A stretch of DNA of 63,755 nt, filler included, from Octopus bimaculoides (lineage: Eukaryota): assembly GCF_001194135.2 (NCBI RefSeq). It is 6 parts of 6 records of this genome, joined end to end, with 100 filler letters (N's around TTAATTAATTAA, not from the genome) between each part and the next. Parts side by side here need not be neighbours in the genome. Positions count along the whole stretch, not along the records: positions 48,798 to 61,659 come from NC_068986.1; positions 61,760 to 63,755 come from NC_068988.1; 4 more parts are not named here. One strand, given 5' to 3'. Each line of letters opens with the position of its first letter. The first letter of the stretch is position 1. The translations under genes and the position numbers were made by a program. This document shows, one piece after another, positions 53,116 through 63,755 of this stretch. The notes below the pieces were generated by a model. It was not told where the DNA came from. It ran no database searches and saw only the letters and a program-made list of their open reading frames with translations.

Positions 53116-53148
<33 letters not shown>

Positions 53149-53316
53149 TGACAGACAGACAGACAGACAGACAGACAGATAGATAGAGGAATAGTGATAC
53201 TCCCACATACACCTAAACACGCACAGACAAACACATATACACAGACACGCATGCGCCCACACACATACGCACTCACACACACATAGTCACACACACACAC
53301 ACACACGCACACACAC

Positions 53317-53382
<66 letters not shown>

Positions 53383-55159
53383 ACATACATACATGTGTGT
53401 GTGTGCGTGTGTGTGCCAGTGTCTGTGTACTAACATCGTGTATGCGCCAATATGCATGTATCTTGACTACGCTTCAATGTTCTTGACATATGTTTTACAA
53501 GACAAAGAGAGAGATACATCATTGAAAGCGAAAATAATTATTAAAACAATGCCAAGGCGTAGAAAAATGATCCCAATCATCTGAGATGTGATTTAATATG
53601 ATAACCAAATTGAGATAAAGACAAAAAAAGTCTTAGACAAAACCTGCTGTTTTGGCTTTTGTGTTTCTGTAAATGTGTGAAATCTATACGTGACACAACA
53701 TCCAATCGGTTTGTTGACACAACGATGAAACTGATAAACAGAAGATACTTACTGCGTTGATACAAAAGGGAGGTTTGTCAGAGAGGAACGTGGAAGGATG
53801 AGGGGAAAGGTTGTAAGAGGAATGATGACAATAATAACATTAGTAACATAAATACTAGTAATAACAATTGCGAAAGAAGATTTTTGTTTGTATCGTTCGA
53901 TCGCCTGGTTTCAACAAGCAATGGCCGATAGAGACACGAATGATTACTGTACTAACAAGTAAGCAAAAATCTAAGATCTGACAAAGGAAACAGGTTTTGC
54001 TTTCTCAAGCAATACACACGTTTATTGATTAAAAACGGATAAACGTTGAATTTTTTTTAAACTCTGAATCTGTCACGTAAAATATTATTGATATTACAGA
54101 CTTGTATATTGATATCATAGAGATACATTTGTATCTCTAAAATCAAAGGTACTTTAAAGTAGAATATAAGAGCCTCCGTCAATGAAGGTTGTTACAGGGG
54201 CCAGGCAATATTTTGGAGGTAGACTGGCAGTTAGCCATGCATTCAAATCCCTCTCTTTCTCTATGTCACCGATGTTTATTCAAAGGAAAGGCCACTGACT
54301 AAAATAGAATATGATATGTTTTAATGGCTTACAAGCACACACAGTCTCTCTTTCTCCCTACCTCTCCTTATCTCTTACTTTCTTACTCCCTTTCTCTCCC
54401 TCTCTCTCTATCTCTCCTTATCCCTCTCTTTCTTACTCTCTCTTTCTCCCTATCTCTCCTTATCTCTCTCTTTTTTACTCTCTCTCTTTCACTTTTTCAA
54501 TGTCAATCGATCTATCTATCAAACGATCTATCCTTGTCTTCACATTGATTGTCAGGATTCTTGATGTGAACTCTGGTGTTGAAAGAAATTTTGTTGTATC
54601 TAGGGTTAAACAATCAATCAGGTGTTTGTCAAAGTCCTTTCATTACCATTCGCAACATCATTAATGACAAGTGATTGATAGATTAAACAAACGATCGATT
54701 AGTTAGTTGGTTACATAACTAACCTAACCAGCTGACTAACTATATAGGTGTGAAATTGAACCAGACCGTGTGTCTATTATTATTGGTGCAATGATCGTCC
54801 CTAGATACAAGTTCTGTCCGATGTTCCAACAAATCTACCAATTCGTCGCCTGGTGTCGCCACACCTAGACACCTCACGCCAAACTTGAAGTGCTTCTAAG
54901 TACAGATGCCTTGAAAGCATTCACTAATCGAAAATATGACGATCTTGTTCCCTTTGAAAAAAGATATAATTATTGCTCACATCTAGGAAGTAGGCTTTGG
55001 ACAACATGCAATTAGACAACATGCAATTGGACCACATGTAATTAAAACCCTCAAAATCAACGAATTACATAACTAAATATGCATTTCAAGATTAATCTTT
55101 CCCTTAAAGCTGAAAAACTTATAGCTCTTCCTCGAAACCCCGATTGCTCTCTTGGGCCA

Positions 55160-55593
55160 TTTCCTGTTTCACTATCGATAAGAAATAAATTGATAATTAT
55201 ATGAAGATAAGTACTCTGTTGTGGAATACTGTACAGATTGATTGTTGGTTGTTTAATGTCGCAAGCGGTTGAAAGAGTCAGCACTACAAAATCAAATTCT
55301 GCTTGTGTCGACTGAAAGCAGCTTAGTACAAATGTTAGTGTATGTGTTGCTGTCAGAACACAAAGAAACCAGAATCGATATTGCAAACCATCGTCTGATG
55401 CTGTAACCCTGATAGCTCACTCGTGTCATTTCTTGTTTCAACATCGATAAGAAATTAATTAATTATCATTATATGAAGACAAGTACTCTGTTGTGGGATG
55501 TTGTACTGATTGATTGTTAATTGTTTAATGTAGCAGTTGAAAGACTCAGCACTATGAAACCAAATTCTGCTTGTGACGACTGAAAGCAGTTAG
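55160..55593. repeat. Two diverged direct copies of a ~165-bp unit (period about 269 bp)
   Basis: ATCGATAAGAAAT...TATATGAAGA.AAGTACTCTGTTGTGG...GTTGAAAGA.TCAGCACTA...CAAATTCTGCTTGTG.CGACTGAAAGCAG at 55174-55326 and 55443-55593. Confidence 0.9.
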
Positions 55594-55997
55594 ACGCATG
55601 AATATTACAATGTCTTGATACTCATGTCGGTTTCTCTAGATAAATAAATTTTAAAAAATATTATTTCCCTCACTTGTTTAACACTCTTGAACCCTAACAC
55701 TAAGCTGATATACACTTTGCCTCCTCAAAACCAGCGTTGTTCGGAAAAGAAAAATTAAGTAAATATTTCAATATATACAAATATACAAATATATAAATCT
55801 AAACACCTAACAAAGGATTTTGTATTGTATGTACATTTTGCATGTTATACATGTCAAACAATGTAGCTATAAGCTAAGATCATTAAATGAATTTCATCAA
55901 CCCGATACCCTCACCGGGGATACGAGAGACTAGATAAAGTTAATCTCTTTATACACAGCAAACTAACGAGACGACGTCTATTTACGTTTCTACTTAC

Positions 55998-56044
55998 CCA
56001 TTTCACAAGTGGCGTCATCATGTATTTGTTTTTCGAGAAGAAAG
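55998..56044 (-). other. Candidate 47-nt exon
   Basis: Minus strand reads TTTCTATTTTGTTTTCAG|CTTTC...AAATGG|GTAAGT, with a long T-rich tract upstream. Two frames are open (AFFSKNKYMMTPLVKW or FLLEKQIHDDATCEM). No homology recognised. Confidence 0.35.
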
Positions 56045-57710
56045 CTGAAAACAAAATAGAAATAAATAAATAAAACAATGATACATAAGATAAAGAGAGA
56101 AATGAAATAAATAATATGAGTAAAATAAGTAAATAAATAAAATTCGAAAACGTATATAAAAAACAAAAAGTCATGTAGACAAAATGCCAGAGCTGAACGA
56201 CATTATTCTTCTGCGACATCCGCAGAATGAAGTTTAGTTGAAGAGGTTTAAGAAAACGCTGTGATACAATTGGCCAATGAAAATTGGATTTCATTGTCAA
56301 AATTTGTAAAATACATAGGCATATATATATNNNNNNNNNNNNNNNNNNNNNNNNNNNNNNNNNNNNNNNNNNNNNNNNNNNNNNNNNNNNNNNNNNNNNN
56401 NNNNNNNNNNNNNNNNNNNNNNNNNNNNNNNNNNNNNNNNNNNNNNNNNNNNNNNNNNNNNNNNNNNNNNNNNNNNNNNNNNNNNNNNNNNNNNNNNNNN
56501 NNNNNNNNNNNNNNNNNNNNNNNNNNNNNNNNNNNNNNNNNNNNNNNNNNNNNNNNNNNNNNNNNNNNNNNNNNNNNNNNNNNNNACGTGTATATATGTG
56601 TATGTTTATATGTGTATATATGTGTATGTATATATATATGTGTGTTTGTTTATACACATATATATATAAACATATACATTATGATTTATAGATGCATGCA
56701 CATATATATATACGTGTATGTATGTGTGTGTGCGTGTGTGTGTGTGTGTGTAAGCATAAACGCATAAGTTTTACAGACACAAACATATAGGCACACATAA
56801 TATTAACACAGATACACATGCATACATACATACGTTTGCTTATGTTTACATGTATCTATATGTATGTGTGTGTATCTGTACTTACGCTCGTACATACTTA
56901 CGTGTATATATATATATATGTGTGTGTATGGGTATGTATATTGTTTTGGCGTTGTGTATATGTGTATATGTTTTTGTCACCGTGCTAGTACGAGTGTTGT
57001 TTGAAACCACATCAATTCTACCATTCACTAAAAGCAATGTCGTTAATATTTAAAGAGCAACCCCATCTCAGTGCAGACATTACACTCAAAGATTTCGTTA
57101 TTTTGTTTTCTTCTTTTATTTCCGTTTTCCTTTTACTTTGTTTTTCCTTTTGCTTTTTTTTTGTTTTTTTCCTTTTATTTCTTTTATATTTTGTTTCTTT
57201 CATACATTTCTGTTGTTGTTCTTTGTTATTTTGTTTTTTTCGCTTTAGTTCAATGGAGTGTGGGGAAGGAGGGGTTCAATGACTTTTAACAGGACAAGAA
57301 CTATTCTATTTGTTGTAGTAATTTCTTAAGAAAATTGGGTCAGTTTGGATTGTAAAATATTAATTTAATAAACCCTCAGGCCCAATTCGAGACAGAAAAG
57401 CAAAAAAGAGTGAGTCGGGAGAAGAGAAACAGACTAACAGAGGCAGGAAGAATGATAGATAAGTAGAGATAAGGAAAAAGAGATGTAGAGAAATATTTCA
57501 TCTGGGCATTTATTATTATTATCATTATTATTATTATTATTATTTTCATTAGCATCTTCTTTCAATTCCTTTTCCATTTCTTGCCGAGTGTCTTCCTCAC
57601 ACCTAGGGCAGAGAAACATACGGTATACATTGGTCGACAATTAAAATAAACACACCAGATTGTTCATGTGATAGAGAAAAGGAGGAAGAAAGATAGAGAG
57701 AAAAAGGAAG

Positions 57711-57895
57711 GAAGCGAACTGGCAGAATCGTTAGCACGCCGGACAAAATGCTTAGCGGCATTTTTGTCCGTTCTTACGTTCTGAGTTCAAATTCTATCGT
57801 GATCGACTTTGCCTTTTATCCTTTCGGTGTCGATGATGTAATCGACTAGCTCCCACTCCACGAAATTTTCAGGCCTTGTACCTATAGCAGAGGGT
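57711..57895 (+). mobile_element. tRNA-derived SINE family A with internal deletion
   Basis: GAACTGGCAGAATCGTTAGCACGCCGGACAAAATGCTTAGCGGCAT...TTCTGAGTTCAAATTC...GATGTAATCGACT...GGCCTTGTACC. Confidence 0.85.
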
Positions 57896-58574
57896 ATTAC
57901 TATTATTACTTTGATTAGTCGTATTAGTGCGAAAGAAGAATTGTTGATGGTATTCTGATTTCTTTATTAAAATTCTTTATTTGGGAGGGAGAGTTTTTTT
58001 TTTATTGCAAGCTTCTTTAATTAATCAAATATCTAAATGCTTGAGATGAGTTTTTCGTAACTTCATTGTTAATTTCTGGTAATTAGAAATAATTATCATT
58101 TTTTTAATCTCATTTACATCTACATTAAATATTTAAATCAACAAATATTTAATGTAGATGTAACTGTTGAATCTGAAGTGGATTGCAGACTCAACAGAGT
58201 AACTGGCAATATGTTAGGAATTTTAATTATGATTTTTATGTTTTAATTTCGAATCCCATTGAGATCAATTCAGACATTCATCTTTCCAGGATTGATAAAA
58301 ATCAATAAAAGTACTGAGTCTATATAATACATTGCATCTTTACCACCACCATCCAAACATGTAGCCTTGTGTTAATGTGAGAAATTAATATTGCCATCTA
58401 CATCGTATTTCGATCAGTTTGACATGCCATCGTCATCAGGTGTTTTTATGCTTGGATATCTACACAGAACTAGGCTTGATTGGTACTAGGGACCTATATT
58501 AGCGTATGTCACTTAAGGCGTTATTATCCTGAGTTTCAAAATAAAGGTTTCTTGTTTCACCGTCCTAGATTTCT

Positions 58575-58700
58575 ATTTTGCTATCGACCACGAAAGGATA
58601 AAACGCTGACCTCGGTGAGATTCGAACTCAGAGCTTGGAGAATCAGAAACAATACTGCAACGCAATTTATTCGATGTCTTTATAACTTAGTCAGAATTTT
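58575..58700 (-). mobile_element. Old SINE family A fragment
   Basis: TATCGACCACGAAAGGATAAAACGCTGACCTCGGTGAGATTCGAACTCAGA is the reverse complement of the family A body. Confidence 0.55.
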
Positions 58701-59439
58701 GAATTATAGACTTTTGCTGTGTAAAATTCAGATGGAAGGTGCTGTGGAGCGAGAGATAAATACTTGGTCAGCCAAGTTGCGAGCTGGGTTGTAATTTTGT
58801 TTGAAATTTGTTCATTTCACACACACACACATCGTTGGCAATCTTAAGAAAAACATGAACTACACAATTCTCATGGTTGTACCTTGTACTTAAGTGAAGA
58901 AATCAAAAATGAAGGTGGGAAACTTTAACGTTTGGCACGTGACACAAACTTAGATAACAGGACCGAGAAGGATGTAGGGTTCTTGACTCCTTGATTATCT
59001 TTCTCTTAAAAGACCAGTGTATTTTTTTATTATTATTTCGTTGGTGTAATTGGGTGGATAGCGATACCCCAAAGTACAAAGCATGGTAATGTTAGTTTTG
59101 GAGCAGTTGCCCTGAACTTTATCAAATTAGAAAAGAAACTCTGTTTACACCCATCGTGTATCTTTCTAATGCATTTTGCAGAATTATCGCATGACTCATT
59201 TTTTAAATAGTTCTTGGTTTGTTTCAAGCGTTTTCTTTATAATATGTATGTTTTTCATATATATATATTTAAAAATTTACATTATTGTTTTCTTAAAGGC
59301 TTATTGTTTCTCCAGAGTTTAAGTATTGACTCAACTCTCTTCTTTCTGCACAAATCAATAACAAGTTTGTCCTCCCTCTGGGTAATTGTGACGAATCTTA
59401 TGGAGCGCTGAACTAAATATGTAGTGGGGTTTAGGTTTG

Positions 59440-59718
59440 TTTAGGCGAATAGATGAATCGGTGGACTATTGTAGGATATATCTATGTCTTTTTATGTTCT
59501 CAGTTTCAATACTACGAACGTAATTTTCCGTGTTTCTTCCATCTTTTGGTGAACAATAAAATATGCAGCGAGTTTTAGACTTGTTTAATTAAATAGATGA
59601 ATCGGTGGAGCAAAGAACTATTGTTGCATATAACCATGTCATTTTATGTTCTGAGTTTCAATAATACTACGAACGTTATTTTCCATGTTTTTATCTTTCC
59701 GTGAACAATAAAATACAG
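59440..59718. repeat. Two diverged tandem copies of a ~125-bp unit (period about 144 bp)
   Basis: AATAGATGAATCGGTGGA...TTTTATGTTCT.AGTTTCAATA..ACTACGAACGT.ATTTTCC.TGTTT...GTGAACAATAAAATA at 59448 and 59592. Confidence 0.9.
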
Positions 59719-59807
59719 ATCTGTTTATCTTATGGGGTGGGTATTCATTTATTGACTGTTTCTTTCCCTAACCTATGTGACCTCATTGCGTATGATGAAA
59801 ATCAGAC

Positions 59808-60030
59808 AAGCAGAATCGTTAGAGCGCCTGAAAACATGCCTTGCGCTATTCATTCTGATATTTTACTTTCTGGTCTCAAATTCTGCCAAAGTCAAGTTTA
59901 GCCTTCATCTTTCTGGGATCGATAAAGTACTAATCAAGCATAAGGGGATCGATTTACTCGATTTACTCGATTTACAACTCCCATCCACTCTAAAAAAAAT
60001 TGTGGTTTTGTGTTTATATAAGAAATTATT
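59808..60030 (+). mobile_element. Old SINE family A copy
   Basis: GCAGAATCGTTAGAGCGCC...TCAAATTCTGCCAAAGTCAA...CATCTTTCTGGGATCGATAAAGTAC...GATCGATTTACTCG. Confidence 0.6.
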
Positions 60031-60817
60031 TTGATTTCAATTCCTACCAGAAACGATTATATTTTATCCACCGTGAAACGATGAAATAAGTACCGATAAT
60101 ATACTGAACTCAAATCAATCAATCTCTATTTCTTTTATAAACGCCAATAGTTCTTGTATCGATCTAAAACAAATCAATTCTAATACAAAAACCATACTAC
60201 CGTTTTCTCTTATAATTCCATTCACATTTAGATTATCTCTTACGAACATTTAACTTGACCTCAGTATTTAGCCAATAATTTGTTCTAAAGGTGAACAGGG
60301 TGATTTAAACTCAGAACATAAAGAGGGCCATTGCTATGCACTGCGACACATTTTGTCTGACGCGCTCTCTAACCCTTCTATCAATCGACAGCTACTTATG
60401 ATTAATAGGACATAAGGCTGGAGTAATAGTCAAGACGCATCATGTCGTAATCAAGAAAATTTTAATTGATCAAGATTATATCGGAAATAGAAAAGTGGTA
60501 AAGGTGAGCAAAAGAACTCAAAATTAATAGTTTTTTGGTGGATAAACACTTAAAATGGTAACAGGCAATGGGGTGAGGGAACATTATATCTCATATAATT
60601 AATAACAAAATTAAGCACAAAGGTGTAATGTTCATCTCTTTTTTTTTTTACAATGACTATCACCTTAGTGTGTAACAGATGCGACAGACACACGTCAAAA
60701 TGATGTACACACCTGATTTCTATTCTCAGAAGAATCTACGTTAATGTGGTAGATCTGGCACCCACTTCCACTAAGTGTCTGACAGTTCATACTTATTTCC
60801 GTAACCAAATAAACACC

Positions 60818-60865
<48 letters not shown>

Positions 60866-61317
60866 CTCACATACATATATATATATATACATACACAGGG
60901 GAGGGAGTAGTTTTCTTTATGTACTTGTATGTGCGTGCGTGTGTGTGTGTTTGTACAGCCTCACCCACTCCCATGAGCCACAGTGTCTTGCGAAGCTGGA
61001 GCTTATCTATAAAATCGGTTAATGTAAACAAACAAAAGATAAAGTACTTTGTCGAACCAGGCACGTCTATTGTAGTTTATATTCTTGTTTTCACATCGTG
61101 GTTGCTAATGAAGTTGATGCTTGACTAATTACAAAACAAATGCACTCTCCTGCAGCCTCAAAAAATATGGCATGCTCTGTATAGAGAACTGTAGAATGCG
61201 CTGTATACTTTAAATATCCTAGATTGGCAGAAGTTTGTCTGATGCCGCATAATAATCTTTGTTTTCCCTTCGCCTCAAATTCAATTTATGTTATATATAT
61301 ATATATATATACATATA

Positions 61318-61652
61318 TGTTGTTGTTGGCACTCCGTCGCTTACAACGTCGAGGGTTCAAGTTGATCTGATCAACGGAACAGCATGCTCGTGAAATTAAC
61401 GTGCAACTGGCTGAGCACTCCACAGACACGTGTACCCTCCTCGTAGCTCTCAGGGAGATTCAGTGTGATACAAAGTGTGACAAGGCTGGCCCTTTGAAAT
61501 ACAGGTACTACTCATTTCTGCCAGCTGAGTGGACGGGAGCAACGTGAAATAAAGTGTCTTGCTCAAGGACACAACGCATCGCTGGGAATTGAACTCACGA
61601 CTTTATACGGTCGTGAGCCGAATGCACTAACTACTAAGCCACGCGTCTTCAC
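61318..61652 (-). mobile_element. tRNA-derived SINE: head D + tail X, full length with (AAC)n tail
   Basis: Reverse-complement head GCGTGGCTTAGTAGTTAG...GAGTTCAATTCCCAGCG, then TTGTGTCCTTGAGCAAGACACTT core. The tail is the same family as 39906 and 52011 and ends CGACGGAGTGCCAACAACA. Confidence 0.9.
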
Positions 61653-61825
61653 CATATATNNNNNNNNNNNNNNNNNNNNNNNNNNNNNNNNNNNNNNNNN
61701 NNNTTAATTAATTAANNNNNNNNNNNNNNNNNNNNNNNNNNNNNNNNNNNNNNNNNNNNCTGCTGCTGCTAATACTATTACTACGTCCACAACTATCATG
61801 ACCACCACCACAACAACCACCGCCG

Positions 61826-61878
<53 letters not shown>

Positions 61879-61891
61879 GCTNNNNNNNNNN

Positions 61892-61944
<53 letters not shown>

Positions 61945-62045
61945 TTACTACTGCTGCAGCTGCTGCTGCTAATACTATTACTACGTCCACAACTATCATG
62001 ACCACCACCACCACAACCACCGCCACTACTACTACTACTACTACT

Positions 62046-62180
62046 TCAAATCTCACCGAGGTCAACTTTACTTTTCATCTTTCTACGGCCGTTAAAAAAA
62101 GTACCAGTCATTTGCTAGGGTTCATATAATCGACTAAACCTTCCTCCTAAAATTGCTAGCCTTGTACCAAAATTTGAAAT
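62046..62180 (+). mobile_element. SINE family A 3' half
   Basis: TCAAATCTCACCGAGGTCAACTTTAC...AAGTACCAGTC...TAATCGACTAAAC...AAAATTGCTAGCCTTGTACCAAAATTTGAAAT. Confidence 0.75.
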
Positions 62181-62904
62181 ATATTTTGTATGGCAATCGA
62201 ATGGCAGATAAGTAGAGTAGCAAGCAAAATGCCTTGCGATATTTTATTTCTGGGTTAAAACCCTTTAGTTGTGCCCTTAAAGGAACCAAGCTGCGCTAAA
62301 AATGTAACCGAGCGATTCAATAAGTAGAGAGTGATAAAAATAAATACCTGAGCTCTATATAATAAATTAAAACCCACGGCGATTCTACCCAGGCCGAGCC
62401 TAAGTCTAATGAATAAAACCAGTATAAGAATAAAGTAAATCTTAAAGGGAGCTTGTAGTTTTTTTTTTCCAACACCGGCTGAAGAAGCGAGTAGTCACTG
62501 AAATATCCGGATGTCCCACAAGGTTTACTGCATTTTGCTACAAACATTTTGTTATTATATGTGTAAATTTCGGATGTAAACACAGTATGGACGGCTAGTT
62601 ACGAAGTTCTCTTTGCAACCATCGAAGTCCTCGATGTCAATACCACTACCTGGCATCTTAGACAAATATCATTTTTTATAGTCTTTGGTTTGACCCATAC
62701 CTTTTAAGAGAAAGTGGGTAGAAAGAGACTATATAAATATTTATCTAGTAGATTGTATCTATAATTCAAAAAAGGTACTTCTTTGTCACAAACTGTATCA
62801 CATTGAAAATTATGTTAAGGCTACCCGTGTCTTTGGAACAGTCAACCACTTACATGTTAATTAAATGAGTAGGTAATTCAATTGCTCGAAAAGCTAGAAT
62901 TGTC

Positions 62905-63420
62905 ATCGTCGAAAGACCATTCGTTTCCCGCTACTTCTTCCTGCAGCAGAATGCGCATTAACATGAGATAGTCGCCTTCACAGTGTTCGATCTTTAGCAA
63001 GGGCGTTCAAAGAAATTATATCAAGACCTGTCCATGCTGTAAAGGTATCTATCCATCTCTTAGTTTGCCGACTTCTCTTTCCCTTTGCATAAATTATGCC
63101 TTACAAATAGATCTTGCTGATGCCACAAACCATCCGCTTAGTGTGGTCAAGTAGTTCGAGTACTTTATTTTTGATGACAGAGGTGATAGGTGGTAATTCG
63201 GTTATCTGTCTTAGATCTTCAATTCTAACATGATCTGAGAGTTTGGTGTTAGTAATAAGTCACATTACATGATTCTGAAAGACATCCAATTTCTGTAGTG
63301 CAACACTCAAGTTGACACATATTAGCCCATATATAACTACATAGAAGCACATATTCACCACCATATTCTAGATTAAATTGTTCTCATATTATATATCACA
63401 TACACAACGGTTGTAGCCTC
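62905..63420 (-). mobile_element. RTE-clade LINE 3' part (RT thumb and C-terminus), decayed
   Basis: Minus strand gives KLDVFQNHVM*LITNTKLSDHVRIEDLRQITELPPITSVIKNKVLELLDHTKR...GKRSRQTKRWIDTFTAWTGLDIISLNALAKDRTL*RRL. Confidence 0.7.
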
Positions 63421-63755
63421 CAGTTAATTTCAAGTTAGCTGTAGAGCACTGTCACTGAGAAAAATGCCACATTTACACGAATCAAGATGTACTTCGAGCG
63501 CGCCATGCGCACACAAACATATATATATATATATATATATATACATTTTCTTATTGTGCCTTAAAATTTAACACACACACCGTTAAAATTTCCACTTATT
63601 TCTTGTTTTTATTTTCCTAAAAATTTATTTTTACACACACACACACACACACACACATTGAGTAATCACATGAAGTAGAGAGGCCCAGTATAAAGATATG
63701 TACATTTATTGTTAACACACATTTGCACGCAAACATGGAAAGCTTTTGCTGCAGG

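Noticed and set aside
53752-53980. Possible minus-strand exon bounded by TTTGTCAG and GTAAGT
   Set aside because: All three frames contain stops, and the CGCAGTAAGT site is ambiguous between acceptor and donor; no further support.
61760-62045. Duplicated TGCTGCTGCTAATACTATTACTACGTCCACAACTATCATGACC block
   Set aside because: Near-identical copies sit on either side of a 10-N gap within (TAC)n, next to a 100-bp linker gap; most likely uncollapsed haplotypes or an overlap artefact.

Overview
AT-rich animal genomic DNA from a draft assembly. About 8 kb (roughly 13%) is N-gap, and microsatellites (CA, CT, TA, TATC and compound trinucleotides) are very dense. The tRNA-headed SINE families and LINE relics resemble those I recall from octopus (cephalopod) genomes; this taxon call is an inference. 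I find no confidently supported protein-coding gene, rRNA, intact tRNA or CRISPR array, and nearly all long ORFs in the track are microsatellite or N-gap artefacts. The recognisable content is decayed retroelements: five pieces of R4/Dong-like RLE LINEs in two head-to-tail stacks (one bracketed by (TAA)n), L1/Tx1-like ORF1 and ORF2 relics, RTE 3' ends, a Penelope GIY-YIG relic, and about 18 SINE copies. The most interesting observations are a near in-frame triplication of the zinc-knuckle segment in one RLE element, all four head x tail combinations among SINE copies, a decayed hammerhead motif, a ~320-bp structure-rich element, a TA-flanked hairpin element, two homeodomain-site clusters, and candidate minus-strand microexons. 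All family assignments come from manual translation and remembered motifs, not database searches.
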